From NCBI RefSeq assembly GCF_009914755.1, contig NC_060936.1: a DNA stretch of 64,000 nt; one strand, given 5' to 3'. Below are positions 37,938 to 51,788 of this stretch, piece after piece (positions within the stretch are counted from its first letter, which is position 1; each line of letters begins with the position of its first letter). Both the position numbers and the translations under genes were made by a program. The notes under the pieces were generated by a model, which made no database searches, was not told the origin of the DNA, and worked only from the letters and a program-made list of their open reading frames with translations. The stretch is from the human T2T-CHM13v2.0 reference genome, Homo sapiens.

Positions 37938-39004
37938 AATTATTCACTTTTTTCCTTTTTTTATCCATAATTTGTAAATACCAACTTATTCTATGCATAA
38001 CCACATTTTTTATAGTTGATATATAAATATGATGCATTGCTCGCATACTTCTTAGTGTTATTTTGTACATACTTTAAAGAGATTTTGAGATAGGGGATGA
38101 CTAAGAAGAGGAAGAAAAAAGAGTGCATAAAGCATCAAGTAAGGAAACTTCCAAACAGTAAGAAAAAAATTTAAGATATTTTATGGGAGATAACTTTTCT
38201 AAAACACCATCTCTATGCCTTGGAAAAAATACAACTTAAAAAGTAGAAAAAGCATAAGTAAGAGTAGTCATAGTTTGGTGACATCCTTTAAAGTGCCTAG
38301 AGAAGAAAAAGCTGAAATAAGTACAATCTAAGCAGCTGCTTACTTGAAAAAGCATATTGGAGATAAGGAATGTTATAACAACTTTATTATTGTGGCTTTT
38401 TTCCTAGTTCTGCACATCTAGGGAAGCTAAATGTTACTGACTTTACACGTTGTGTGTAGACCCAAACACCATGACAGCCAAAGCACTGGCTAATAAGAGG
38501 ATTAGAAGCACCAGGACAGGCATCCCACTGACAGAGGGTTGGGATGTCACTGTTACAGGTCACTAGAAGACCTCTGTCTTTTACCTCACCCTCCCCCACC
38601 CACTCTCACTTGTGATAAAATGCTTTATTCTGTAATTCTATATAGAAGCTGTCCACGTACAGAAAACTTTCATAGAAGTTATCATCTACTAACTTTAGAT
38701 ACAAAATACATATTTCACATTTGATCCTGGAATATGTCCACACTATTTCTTTACATTATTTACAAAAGGAAAGAAAAGCATAGGATTCACTTTCACAATA
38801 GGTCAACAATGCTATTTCATATGATGAAGAGAATACTGTGTTACTTTGGATGCAATAGAAATTATAAAAAATTGAGTATAATTGGAGATATGCGAATAAA
38901 ATAATTATCTTCATATTTTGTTCCCATAAAAACAAATTTTCTGAATGAGGGCCAGGGGATAAAACTTTCTCTCTCAAGTAACTTGTTAACTTAAACTACA
39001 GGTA

Positions 39005-40400
39005 GCAGATGTAGGGAAAATGGCAGTAGTGGCATCATTTTTGAGACTTCCAGAATCCTAACATAAAATCAGAAAGAGAAACAAAACAAAAACACAAAAC
39101 AAACACAAATTTCTGGAGATATTTAAAACAGAACTAAGTGACAGTGAATCAAATGAACTCCAAAATGAAAGCTTATTGTCAGAGAGGCACCCATAGCAGA
39201 AAGATAGGCATTTGTTGGTTTTAAAGCATGGCAGATGGATTTGAGTACTGCAGCAGCAACTGGGAGAGTTTCCCCCACTCAGTTAGGGAGCAAATGTGAA
39301 GGTACTCCGGTAATTTGGACAGGACTGGAACAACTTAACAACCAAAAATCACTTAAGCTGAGCTGCCAGAGTTCCTTCTAGGATGGAACAAAACATAGAA
39401 GAGAAATGTCTATGAGTGGAATCAAAATTAAAAAAGATAGGAGAAACAGAGACAAAGAAAGGCTATAGAGCCTCCAGCAAATTCTAGAGAGTAAGCTGCC
39501 ATACTTTTAAATACCACATGAAACCACAGAAGAGGAAGCTCTCTAAAGTTTGAAAATTACCCTGAGCTATGCCTCTTTCTAAAAGTTCAGAAACTTTTGC
39601 ATGAAAAATGATCAACTGAAAGTCATGAAGGCCAAATTCCATGTAAGTCGCTAAAAAAAGAGAATAAGATGCAAAACAACATCCTCACAGAAAATGTAAC
39701 TATGTCATAAAGACATGTTCAAAAATCAGATTATACCTGTAATGTCCTAAGTGCTTGAAAATAAAACAGCACATTACATGCATTAAGAAAATCATATAAT
39801 GTGAAATAGTAACATTAAATATTTTTTAAAACTCAGATAAAATGAGGGAACACAGGAGATTTTTAGAAATAAAATAATTTTATAAATGAAAGCTGAACTA
39901 GAAGAAACAGAAGTGAATAAATGCAACAATAAAATGCCTATGCCTTAAGGTAAATAGAAGATAGAAAGGATATATATATATATATATATTTATTTATTTG
40001 TGTGTATGTGTATATATATATATGTGCATTATATATATACATATGTGTATTATGCATGTATATATATACACACACACATAAAAAATCAAAAAGGCAGAGA
40101 TAAAAATAAATCAAGAGAAAGTAAAAATGTTGTATATAGACAACAGGAGATCTTAAAGAGGAGATCCAAAACAAGAACCAAATTAATACTTAAAATTACT
40201 TTAAAACAACTTTTAAAAAGCTTTCCTGAAATACTAAAGATTTGAAACTACTATATTGAAAGAGCACACTTGGTACCCAAAAATAAAAATTTAGAATGAA
40301 TAACAAGATATATTCTAGCAAAATGCCTAGATATTAAAGGAAAAGAAAAAAAGTATTTGTGTCTCTAGATAAAAAGAATATATGCAATATAAAGAAAAAG
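39005..40400 (+). mobile_element. Ancient HAL1/L1ME-type 5' end and ORF1-like remnant
   Basis: ggaaaatggcagtagtggc start; A-rich sense strand; ctttcctgaaata...tattgaaagagcacac...atattctagcaaaat ORF1 motifs. Confidence 0.6.
39970..40080. repeat. (TA)n/(TG)n/(CA)n microsatellite
   Basis: Directly visible. Confidence 0.9.
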
Positions 40401-40840
40401 GCTGAGACACAATGACCAACACATGGCAACGAGCATTTGTGACTTTGACTCAAAATATTATTTCACATGAAATGCAGTCAGGATTTCTTGGAGGAACAAT
40501 TCTCACATGTAGAAGATAAATCTGGAACTCTGATATACTACATAGCAAGTCACTAGATCCCAGTGTTTGTTTCAGGCTCCAACATTGCCACAGAGCCCAC
40601 TGGACAGTGAAGTATCTGGCTATGCATCTTTCTTTATTAGAAGTATTCATTGTCACATTCCTCCCAAATTTCAAAAGCACCTGATAGCTGTCACATTTCT
40701 AATCATCTAGTCACTAAATGGCCATTTTAGTATATTTTCCTTCCTTCTTAGTGCTGCTTTTTCTTATGCATGTATATATTCTGAATATATCATATATATC
40801 ATTTTCCATTTGTATATCATAAAACTATTACATTATTCTT

Positions 40841-42089
<1,249 letters not shown>

Positions 42090-42959
42090 AAGAATATTAC
42101 ATTATTCTTAACTGTCCTTTGAATATAAAGATTTTGAATTATCACATTGAATCACATTAGACATCCCTGCATTTTCTAACTAACCTACTATACTCTACTT
42201 GCAAATTGTCCTATTAGAAATCAATCTTAGAAGAGTATCGTTGTCTCTTTGTTGTCTACATAATGGATTTTACCATGTGTTTCAAAAGGATTATGCTATT
42301 TTCCTATCAAACAATTATTACATGATAATATCACTGTTATTTGAGTTGCCTATTCCACCAGTAAACAAGACTGATTAAAATCAAAGATAATGTTGGTGAT
42401 AATATCTTTAAAATATTCTTCAAGATCCAATGTTATTCCAAGCATCTATCAGTGAACACAAGCCACTTTAAACAGAATCCTCCAATATGCAATAAGGTTA
42501 GAGAGAAAAAAAGAAAGAGAGGAGGACAGGGATGGATGTCAGAAAGACAAAAATGTGGATGGGTGGGGGAGGAAAAGAAAAATGTGCTGAAAATAGAAAT
42601 AGGTGAAAGGGATAAACAAGGACAAACAGAAACAGTTAGAGATTAGAGAGTGAGCCCAAGTGGAGATAGGTCCAAGTTATATAGGAAAATAATAATTCCT
42701 AACTTAGATATCACTCATTCCTTGCAGCCATGCAAAGCTAACCATACTTACTACCCTTCAATAAGAAAACAGTGAACACTCATTTCATTCCACCAACAGA
42801 AAGAGGAATTATACCTCCATTATTTAGCAAAGACACATAGATAAGAAGTGGTGTTCTTGCCCAAGAACAACTACTCTAACTAAACTGAAGGAGACTTCCC
42901 CAAATGTGGAAAAGTTTAATTCTATAATCTACTAATAAATTTATTAATTAAAACTTGTC

Positions 42960-44170
42960 TCAGCAATTATATTTTTTGGTTTCAGAATGACTTTTAAATG
43001 TTTAAAAAAATATTGAGGTCTATAAAGAGATGTTCATGTGGGCTATATCTGTTAATATTTTTCATGTTAGAAATAAAAATTGAGCAATTAAAATATTCAC
43101 TTGTAAAATCATTATAAGATAATAAAACCATTGCATGCTAACATAAACTTATAATATACAATTCCCAAATAAAACACTTTAGTGAGCAGAATTGCATTGT
43201 ATTACACACATTCAAATCTCTGTAATGCCTGGTTTAATAGAAGACAGTCTATTTCTCATATTTGCTTCTACATTCAGTCTGTAACAATACATTGTTTTGG
43301 TTGAGGTAAGTTAAGAAAATTCAGTCTCACATGGATAGTTAATTAGATATGTGATAATTGTGGAAATGTGATAACATATTACAGCAAAAGTCAACAAATC
43401 GTACTTTCTTAATATTTAGTTGCAATGTGAAATCTAAAATAATCAGTGCGTTCATTTTGCCTTGTAAAATCCATTGAACTGTTTGCTGTTTGAATAGGCC
43501 TTTTACTCATACATAAATTTTACAAAATCAAGCATAGATTATTTGGGACATATTGGTTCATTGAGTTTGGCAAATATTCCAAATGTTTGACATATCTCAT
43601 TACTCAAAAACAAAAAGCCATATTTTTAATATAATATCTGATCTCAATAGTAAAGTATATTAGTCCTGATGCTTTGAAGCCCCTGGTGGGTGATACAAGT
43701 TTTTCAGAATTTTTATTTTCACTTGAAGGTTCAAATTTTATCCTTGACAAAAATACTTTCAGCCTGTAATCCCAGCATTTTGGGAGGCCAACACAGGCAG
43801 ATAACTTAAGCCCAGAGCTCAAGACCAGCCTGGGCAATATGGCAAACCCCTGTCTATACAAAGAATTTTTAAAAATTATTGAGGCATGGTGGCACATGCA
43901 TGTAGTCCCAGTTATTTGGGAGGCTGAAGTACAAAGATTACCTGAGGCTGGGAACATGAGGCTGCAGCGAGCCAAGCCATAATTGTGCCTCTGCATTACA
44001 GCCTGAGGGACAGAGCGAGACTCTATCTCAAAACAACCACCACCACCACCATCAACATAACAACAAAAACCTTTCCATTGTTTTCATTTAAATTATAGGC
44101 TCTTTATTCATTGTTGGGAAAATGTGTATCAAATTCTTTTGTCTGGATAACCATATTAGTTAACTTTTGG
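42960..44170. mobile_element. Charlie1-type hAT DNA transposon remnant (split by Alu)
   Basis: tattgaggtctataaagag...atgtgggctatatct...ggtttaatagaagacag...tgcttctacattcagtctgt. Confidence 0.75.
43762..44068 (+). mobile_element. AluJ, 5'-truncated, tail decayed to (CAC)/(CAA) repeats
   Basis: gcctgtaatcccagc...cagagcgagactctatctcaaaac. Confidence 0.92.
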
Positions 44171-44764
44171 CCGGAGGCATTTGAAAGTAGAAAACAGACA
44201 GATGTAGACATTTGTATGACCTATACGACAATTTGTTAGTTGCTTACCTTATGTTCCCTTCCTTTTCCTAGTCTTTCAAGACTTTTTCCCCATCCCTTAC
44301 TGAATATATGAGGTTTTACAAAGAAATTCTAATTTGGTATTTGGCAAGCCTGATCCTTCTGAAATAAGGAAAATTAAATAACACAGAGCATAGCAAAGCG
44401 ATCTTATCACTAAGTAAACTGAAAATAAATATTTGATCCAATCCTATATTTTTTAAAGAAAGGAACATCTCCAAATGCGTGGAACAGGATTTCAAAATGT
44501 TGAAAGGGAAATGTCAAAATATTTTAATAAGTGGGAGATCAAAAGCTGGTTTTGAGAGATGAGGAATAGAATTCTGGAACATAAAGATAGATCAGTAATG
44601 TATAATATTCAAAGAGCATGTAAAAAGACTGTGCAGATCACCAAAGAACTTCGTAGGTAATAATTTTAAATTTCAGGTACTGTATATTTATAACCATAGC
44701 AAGATCAAATTTTGTTAGTATAAAAATAATTTCAAAAATCACTTTTGTGAGTAAATTAACGTCT

Positions 44765-45147
44765 TTATTTTTAAATTAAACTTTTGGCTTTGAGATAATT
44801 ATAGATTAATATGTAGTTGTGTGAATTAATACACGTAGATTCCTTTTACTGTCTGCCATGCTTCTTTCAATAATAACTTACAAAACTGCAGTATAATATC
44901 ACAATCAGGATATTGACATTGACACAATCTACTAATCTTGTTCCTATTTCTTAAATTTTATTTGTATTCATTTGTGTGTCTCTGTGTGTATTTATTTCTT
45001 GGCAATTTTATCATATATGTAGATTTGCATATCTATTACTATGGTCAAGATACTGAACTGTTCCCTCGCCAAAAAGATCTTTTGTTACTCTTTTATAACC
45101 ACACATACTTTCTGCCAGCCACATACCACCACTCTTGTCTTTACCTC
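44765..45147 (-). mobile_element. L1MC 3' end
   Basis: tttgagataattatagatt...gtataatatcacaatcaggatattgacattgacacaatc. Confidence 0.8.
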
Positions 45148-45510
45148 TGTGTGATGGTAAATTTTGTGTGTCAGCATGGCTAAGTCATGGTGCTCATATA
45201 TGTGGGCAAACATTATTTTGCGTGTTTCTGTAAAGGTGAATGAGATTAACATTTAACTTGGTGGATTTTGAGTCAAGCAAATTGTCCCTCATTTTGTGGA
45301 TGGCCCTCTTCTAATTAGCTGAAAGTCCAAATAGAGAAAAATGCATTGACCCCCACCTTGAGCAACAGGGAATTTTGCCAGCAGTCTTTGAACTTGAAGA
45401 CTTCAACTATAGTGTTGGCTTTTTCCAGGTCTCCAGCCTGCCCACCCTGCAGATTTTGGACATGGCAGCTCCATAATCATGTAAGTCAATATCTAAAAAT
45501 AAAACATATA
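45148..45510 (+). mobile_element. MLT2 (ERVL) LTR, MLT2D-like; 3' end absent
   Basis: tgtgatggtaaattttgtgtgtcag...ggtctccagcctgccc...ctccataatcatgtaagtcaat. Confidence 0.85.
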
Positions 45511-46532
45511 TAAAGGGACTTCACAAAGTTCAGGGAAAAATGTAATTAAAAGATAAAAGTAAAACATATAAACTTTATTTTTCAACACAAGCTTCATCAA
45601 GTTCAAAAGATTTTTATAAGTGACAATACTAGCCATTTAGCTCATTTCTAAAGAACAGAGGGTCCTAAGAATTTAACCATGTAAATACAATCTCTTTTTA
45701 TATTAATAACTGAAGAAAAATTAGTGTCCGTTACAGATTTTTTAATATTATGATCCAAAAAAAAAAAAATGTCAGAAGAAGCCAAATCGGGACTATAAAG
45801 TGAATGCCTAAGGATTTCCCTTTGAAACTCTCACAAAATGGTCCTTGTTTGATGGGAGGAATGAGCAGGAGCATTGTCATAGTGGAGAAGAACTCCCTGG
45901 TGAACTTTCTCAGGTGTTATCTGCTAAAGCTTTTTTCTAACTTTCTCAAAACACACTCATAACAAGCATGTTATTATTATTTGGCTCTCCAGAAACTGAA
46001 CAAGCAAAATGCCTTCAGCATATGAAAAAATGGTGGTCATGACCTTTGCTCATGACACTTCTGTTTTTGGTTTGACTGGAGCACTTCCCCTTTTTGGTGG
46101 CCATTGCTTTGTGCTTTGTCTTCAGGATTGTACTGGTAAAAGCATGTTCCATCTCCTGTTACAATTCTTCAAAAAAAAAAAAATGCATCAGGATCTTGAT
46201 CATACTTGCTTTAAATGTTCATTAGTAGTTCTGTTCCTGTCTGCACCTGATATGGATACAATGATTTCGGCACCCATCTAGTGGAAAGTTTGCTCAACTC
46301 TAATTTTTCAGTCAGAATTGTGCAGGCTGAAGCAATTGAGAGATCAGTGGTGGTGACTATTGTTTCTGCTGTTACTTGTCGGTCCTCTTCTATTAGAGCA
46401 CAAACAAGACGATTTGTTTTCTCTGCAAATTGATGTAGGTGTCTCCCACTGTGGGTTTTATTTTCAGCATTTTATTGTCCCATTTTAAAATGGGTTATTT
46501 GTAAGCTGCTTATTTGCAGCATTGTCCCCATA
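45511..46532 (-). mobile_element. HSMAR2 mariner DNA transposon, 5' part missing
   Basis: TIR-like ta|aagggacttcacaaagttcagggaaaaatg, followed by decayed antisense transposase sequence. Confidence 0.88.
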
Positions 46533-46901
46533 CCACACTATTTTTTTCATTTCCATAGATTTTTGGGGAACAGGTGGTATTTGGCTACATGAGTAAGTTA
46601 TTTAGTGGTGATTTGTGAGATTTTGGTGCATCCATCACTCAAACAGTATACACTGAACCCAGCTTGTAGTCTTTATCCCTCACCCTCGTCACACCCTTTT
46701 CCCCTGAGTCTCCAAATTCCATTGTGTCATTCTTATGCCTTTGCATCATCATAGCTTATCTCCCACTTATGAATGAGAATATGTAATGTGTGATTTTCCA
46801 TTCCTGAGTTATTTCACTTAGAATAATAGTTTCCAATTCCATAGACGTTGCTGCAAATGTCATTAACTCATTCCTTTTTATGGCTGAGTAGTAGTAGTCC
46901 A

Positions 46902-47436
46902 CCATACATATATATATATATATATATACACATATATATGTATATATATGTATGTATATATATACACAAGTATGTACATACATGTATGAGTATATACATG
47001 TATGAGTATATATACATGTATGTGTGTATATATGTATATACATGTATGTGTGCATATACATGTATGTGTGTATAACATGTATGTGTATATACATGTATGT
47101 GTGTATATGTGTATATATACATGTATGTGTGTATATACATGTATGTGTGTATATACATGTATGTGCATATACATGTATGTGTATATACACATGCATGTGC
47201 ATATATACGTGTATGTGCATATACGCATGTATGTGCATATACGCATGTATGTGCATATGCACGTGTGTATGTATATATACATGCATGTGTATATACACAT
47301 GTGTATGTATATATACGTGTGTGTATATACGTGTGTATATACATGTATGTGTATATACATGTGTGTATATATACATGTATGTGTACATGCACATGTGTGT
47401 ATATATACATGTATGTGTACATACACACACACACAG
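46902..47436. repeat. ~530-bp alternating purine/pyrimidine minisatellite (TATACATGTATGTG-type units)
   Basis: Directly visible; open in all six frames. Confidence 0.95.
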
Positions 47437-50400
47437 TATCTTTATCCATTCATTGATTGATGGACATTAGGGTTGGTTCCACATTTTTGCAATTGCAAAT
47501 TGTGGTGCTGTAAACATGCATGTGCAAGCATCTTTTTTGTATAATGATTTCTTTTCCTCTGGGTAGATACCCAGCAATGGGATTGCTGGATCAAATGGTA
47601 GTTCTACTTTTAGTTCTTTAAGTAATCTCCACACAGTTTTCCACAGTGGCTGTCCTAGTTTACATTCCCACTAGCAATGTAGAAGTGTGCCCTCTTTTCT
47701 GCATCCACACCAACATCTATTATTTTTGATATTTTAATTATGGACATTCTTGCAGAAGTAAGATGGTATCACATTGTGGTTTTGATTTACATTTCTCTGA
47801 TCATTAATAATGTTGAGCATTATTCATATGTCTCTTGGCCATTTGTATATTTTCTTTTGAGAATTGCCTGTTCATGTCCTTAGCCCACTTTTTGATGGCA
47901 TTATTTTTTTCTTACTGATTTGCTTGAGTTCATTGTAGATTCTGGATATTAGTCCTGTGTCAGTTGTATACATTATGAAGATTTTCTCCCACTTGGTTGA
48001 TTGGTTGTTTACTCTGCCAAATGTTCCTTTTGTCATGCAAAAGCTCTTTAGTTTAATTAAGTTCCAGCTACTTATCTTTGTTTTTATTGCATTTGCTTTT
48101 GGGTTCTTGGTCGTGAAATCCTTGCCTAAGCCAATGTCTAGAAGAGTTTTTCCAATGTTATCTTCTAGAATTTTTATAGTTTCAAGTCTGAGATTTAAGT
48201 CCTTGATGTGTCTTGCCAATTATCCCAGCACCATTTGTTGAATAGGGTGTCCTTTCCCCACTTTATGGTTTTGTTTGCTTTATTGAAGATCCGTTGGCTG
48301 TAAAGATTTAGGTTTATTTCTGGATTCTGGATTCTGTTCCATTGGTCTATGTGCCTATTTTTATATCAGTACCATTCTGTTTTGGTGACTATGGTCTTAT
48401 AGTATAGTTTGAAATCAGGTAATGTGATGTCTCCATATTTGTTATTTTTGCTACTCTTGCTTTGGCTATGTGGGCTATTTTTTGGTTCCATATGAATTGT
48501 AGGGTTGTTTTTTCTAATTCTGTGAAGAATGATGGTGGTATTTTGATGGGAATTGCATTGACTTTGTAGATGGCTTTTGGCAGTATGGTCATTTTCACAA
48601 TATTGATTCTACCCATACATGAGCATGGGATGTGTTTCCATTTGTTTGTGCTGTCTATGTTTTGTAGTTTTCCTTGTAAAGTTCTTTCATCTCCTTGGTT
48701 AAGTATATTTCTAAGCATTGTATTTTTTTGCAGCTATTGTAAAAGGACTTAAGTTCTTGATTTGATTCTCAGCTTTGCCATTGGTGTATAATGGAGCTAC
48801 TGATTTGTGTATATTAATTTTGTACCCTAAAATTTGTTGAAGTCATTTATCAGTTTTAGGAGCTTTTTGGAAGAGTCTTTAGATTTTTCTATGTATACCA
48901 TTATATCATCAGCAAACAGTAACAGTTTGACTTCCTCTTTACTGATCTAGATGTCGTTTGTTTCTTCCTCTTCTCTGATTGCTTTGACTAGGACTTCCAG
49001 TACTATATTGTATAGAAGTGGTGAGAATGGGCATCCTTCTCTTGTCCCAGTTCTCAGAGGAAATGCTTTCAACTTTTCCCCATTCAACATTATATTGGCT
49101 GTGGGTTTGTCATAGAAGGCTTTTATTACAATGAGATGTGTCCCTTGTATGCTGATTTTGCTGTGGATTTTAATCATAAAGGGAGGCTGATTTTTTCAAA
49201 TGCTTTTTCTGAGTCTATTAAGATGATCATGTGATATTTTTGTTTATACTTCTGTTTATGTAATGTATCACATTTATTGACTTGCATATGTTAAACCATC
49301 CCTGCATCCATAGTATGAAACCCACTTGATCATGGTGTATTATCTTTTTGATATGTTGTTGGATTCAGTTAACTAGTATATTGTTAAGGATTTTTACATC
49401 TATGTTCATCAGGGATATTGGTCTGTAGTTTTATTTTTTGGGTTATGTTCTTTCCTGGTTTTGGTTTTAGAGTGATACGGCCTTCATAGAATAATTTAGG
49501 GTGGGTTCCCTCTTTCTTTATCTTGTGGAATAGTGTCAATAACATTGGTACCAATTCCTCTTTGAATGTCTGGTTGAACTCAGCTGTGAATCTGTCTGGT
49601 CCTGGACTTTTTTGGTGTTGGTAATTTTTAAATTACCATTTCAATTTTGCTGCTTGTTTTTGGTCTGTTCATGGTGTCTAATTCTTTCTGATTTATGCTA
49701 GGAGGCTATATTTTTCCAGGAATATATCCATCACCTCTAAGTTTTCTAGTTTATGTGTGTAAAGGTGTTTATGGTAGCCTTGATTTTTTTTTTTATTTCT
49801 ATGTTTTTGGTTGTGATATCTCCCTCTTTTTTTCTCCTCTGATTGAGCTTATTTGGTTGTTCTCTTATTTTCTTGGTTAATTTTGCTAATGGTTTATCAA
49901 TTTTATTTATCTTTTCAAAGAACCAGCTTTTTGTTTCACTTATCTTTTGTATTGTTTTGTTTCAATTTTATTGAGTTTTGCTTGGATCTTGGTTATTTCC
50001 TTTCTTCTGCCGGGTTTGGGTGTGGTTTGTTCTTGTTTCTCTTGTTGCTTCAGAGTGTGATCTTAGGCTGTCTATTTGTTCTCTTTCAGACTTTTGATGT
50101 AGGCATTTATGGCTGTGAACTTTCCTGAGAGCATCACCTTTGCTGTATCCCAGAGCTTTTGATAGGTTGTGTCACTATCATTGTTCACTTCAAATAACTT
50201 TTTAATTTCAATCTTGATTTTATTGTTGACCCAATGACCATTCAGGAGCAGGTTATTTAATTTCCATGTATTTGCATGGTTTTGAAGGTTCCTTTTAAAG
50301 CTGATTTCCAGTTTTATTCCACTGTGGTCTGATAGAGTACTTGATATAATTTCAGTTTTCTTATATTTATTGAGACTCGTTCTGTGGCTGATGCTATGGT

Positions 50401-50546
50401 CCATCTTGTAGAAAGTTCCATGCACTGATGAATAGAATGTATATTCTATGGTTGTTGGGTAGAATGTTCTGTAAATATCTGTTAAGTCTAGTTGTTCCAG
50501 GGTACAGTTTAAATCCATTGTTTCTTTTGACTCTCTGTCTTGACCT

Positions 50547-51788
50547 TGAGAGGTGACAACATGCTAGCAGCCCTCTCTCGCTCTCGGCACCTCTTTGGCC
50601 TTGGTGTCCACTTTGGCCACGCTCCAGAAGCCCTTCAGCCCACCAATACGCTGTGGGGGCCCCTCTCTGGGGCTGGCCAAGGCAGGAGCTAGCTCCCTTT
50701 GCTCGCAGGGAGGTGTGGAGGGAGAGGCGCAGGCAGGAGCCAGGGCTGCGCACGGTGCTCGTGGGCCTGCATGGCTTCCAGGTGGGCATGGGCTCAGCAG
50801 GCCCCACATTCCATGTGGCTGGCCAGTGCCTGATGGGCTTGATCAGAGGCTGGGTCCCGTGCGTGGACCGCCATTCCCTCTTCATGGGGTCAGTGGCCAT
50901 GATGGCGGGTCTCCATCTCTTTCGTCTCTTTCTTGCTTCCCCTCTTTTCCTCTTGGTTGTCTGGGATGAGCTCCCTCGGGGCTGTCAGAATGCCCAGGCT
51001 AGGTGATGCAAAGTCCCACAGTGAGTGCCAGTGAGAGGTGAAGCCGGCTGGGCTTCTGGGACAGGTAGGGTTTGGAGAACTTTAATGTCTGGCTAAAGGA
51101 TTGTAAATGCACCAATCAGCACTCTGCATCTAACTAAAGGTTTGTAAATGCACCAATCAGTGCTCTGTATCTAGCTAATTGTGTGGAGACTTGGAGAACT
51201 TTTGTGTCTGGTTAAAGGACTGTAAATGCACCAATCAACACTCTGCCAAAATGGACCAAACAGCTCTCTGTAAAATGGACCAATCAGCCCTCTGTACAAT
51301 GGACCAATCAGCAAGACATGGGTGGAGCCAGATAAGGGACTAAAAGCATGCCACCCTAGCCAGCGGCAGCAACATGCTCGGGTCCCCTTCCACTCTGTGT
51401 GGAAGCTTTGTTCTTTTGCTCTTTGCAATAAATCTTGCTGCTGCTCACTCTTTGGGACTGCACCACCTTTATGACCTGTAACACTCACCGTGAAGGTCTG
51501 CAGCTTCACTCTTGAAGCCAGTGAGACCACGAACCCACCGGGAAGAATGAACAACTCCAGATGCGCTGCCTTTAAGAGCTATAACACTCACCACAAAGGT
51601 CTGCAGCTTCACTCCTGAAGTCAGCAAGACCACAAACCCACCAGAAGGAAGAAACTCCGGACACGTCCAAACATCAGAAGGAACGAACTCTGGACACACC
51701 ATCTTTAAGAACTGTAACACTCACTGCGAGGGTCTGCAGCTTCATTCTTGAAGTTAGTGAGACCAAGAACCCACCAATTCCAGACACA
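50547..51788 (+). mobile_element. Solo LTR12 (ERV9), LTR12D-like, 1242 bp
   Basis: TGAGAGGTGACAAC...CCAATTCCAGACACA; tandem CCAATC repeats; 4-bp TSD ACCT (50543-50546, 51789-51792). Confidence 0.95.
51100..51350 (+). promoter_or_regulatory. LTR12 U3 enhancer/promoter: CCAAT (NF-Y) cluster and GATA site
   Basis: Five accaatca copies between ~51110 and ~51310, then cagataagggactaaaagc. Confidence 0.6.

Noticed and set aside
46756-47470. Overlapping 119-224 aa ORFs in all six frames
   Set aside because: Artefacts of RY alternation, which excludes TAA/TAG/TGA
50394-51720. GC-rich ORFs / apparent CpG-island gene
   Set aside because: Lie within the LTR12 solo LTR (one runs on into the flanking L1); no recognisable protein
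51040-51760. Spaced short repeats resembling a CRISPR array
   Set aside because: They are the normal U3 and U5 tandem repeats of LTR12; human DNA, no cas genes
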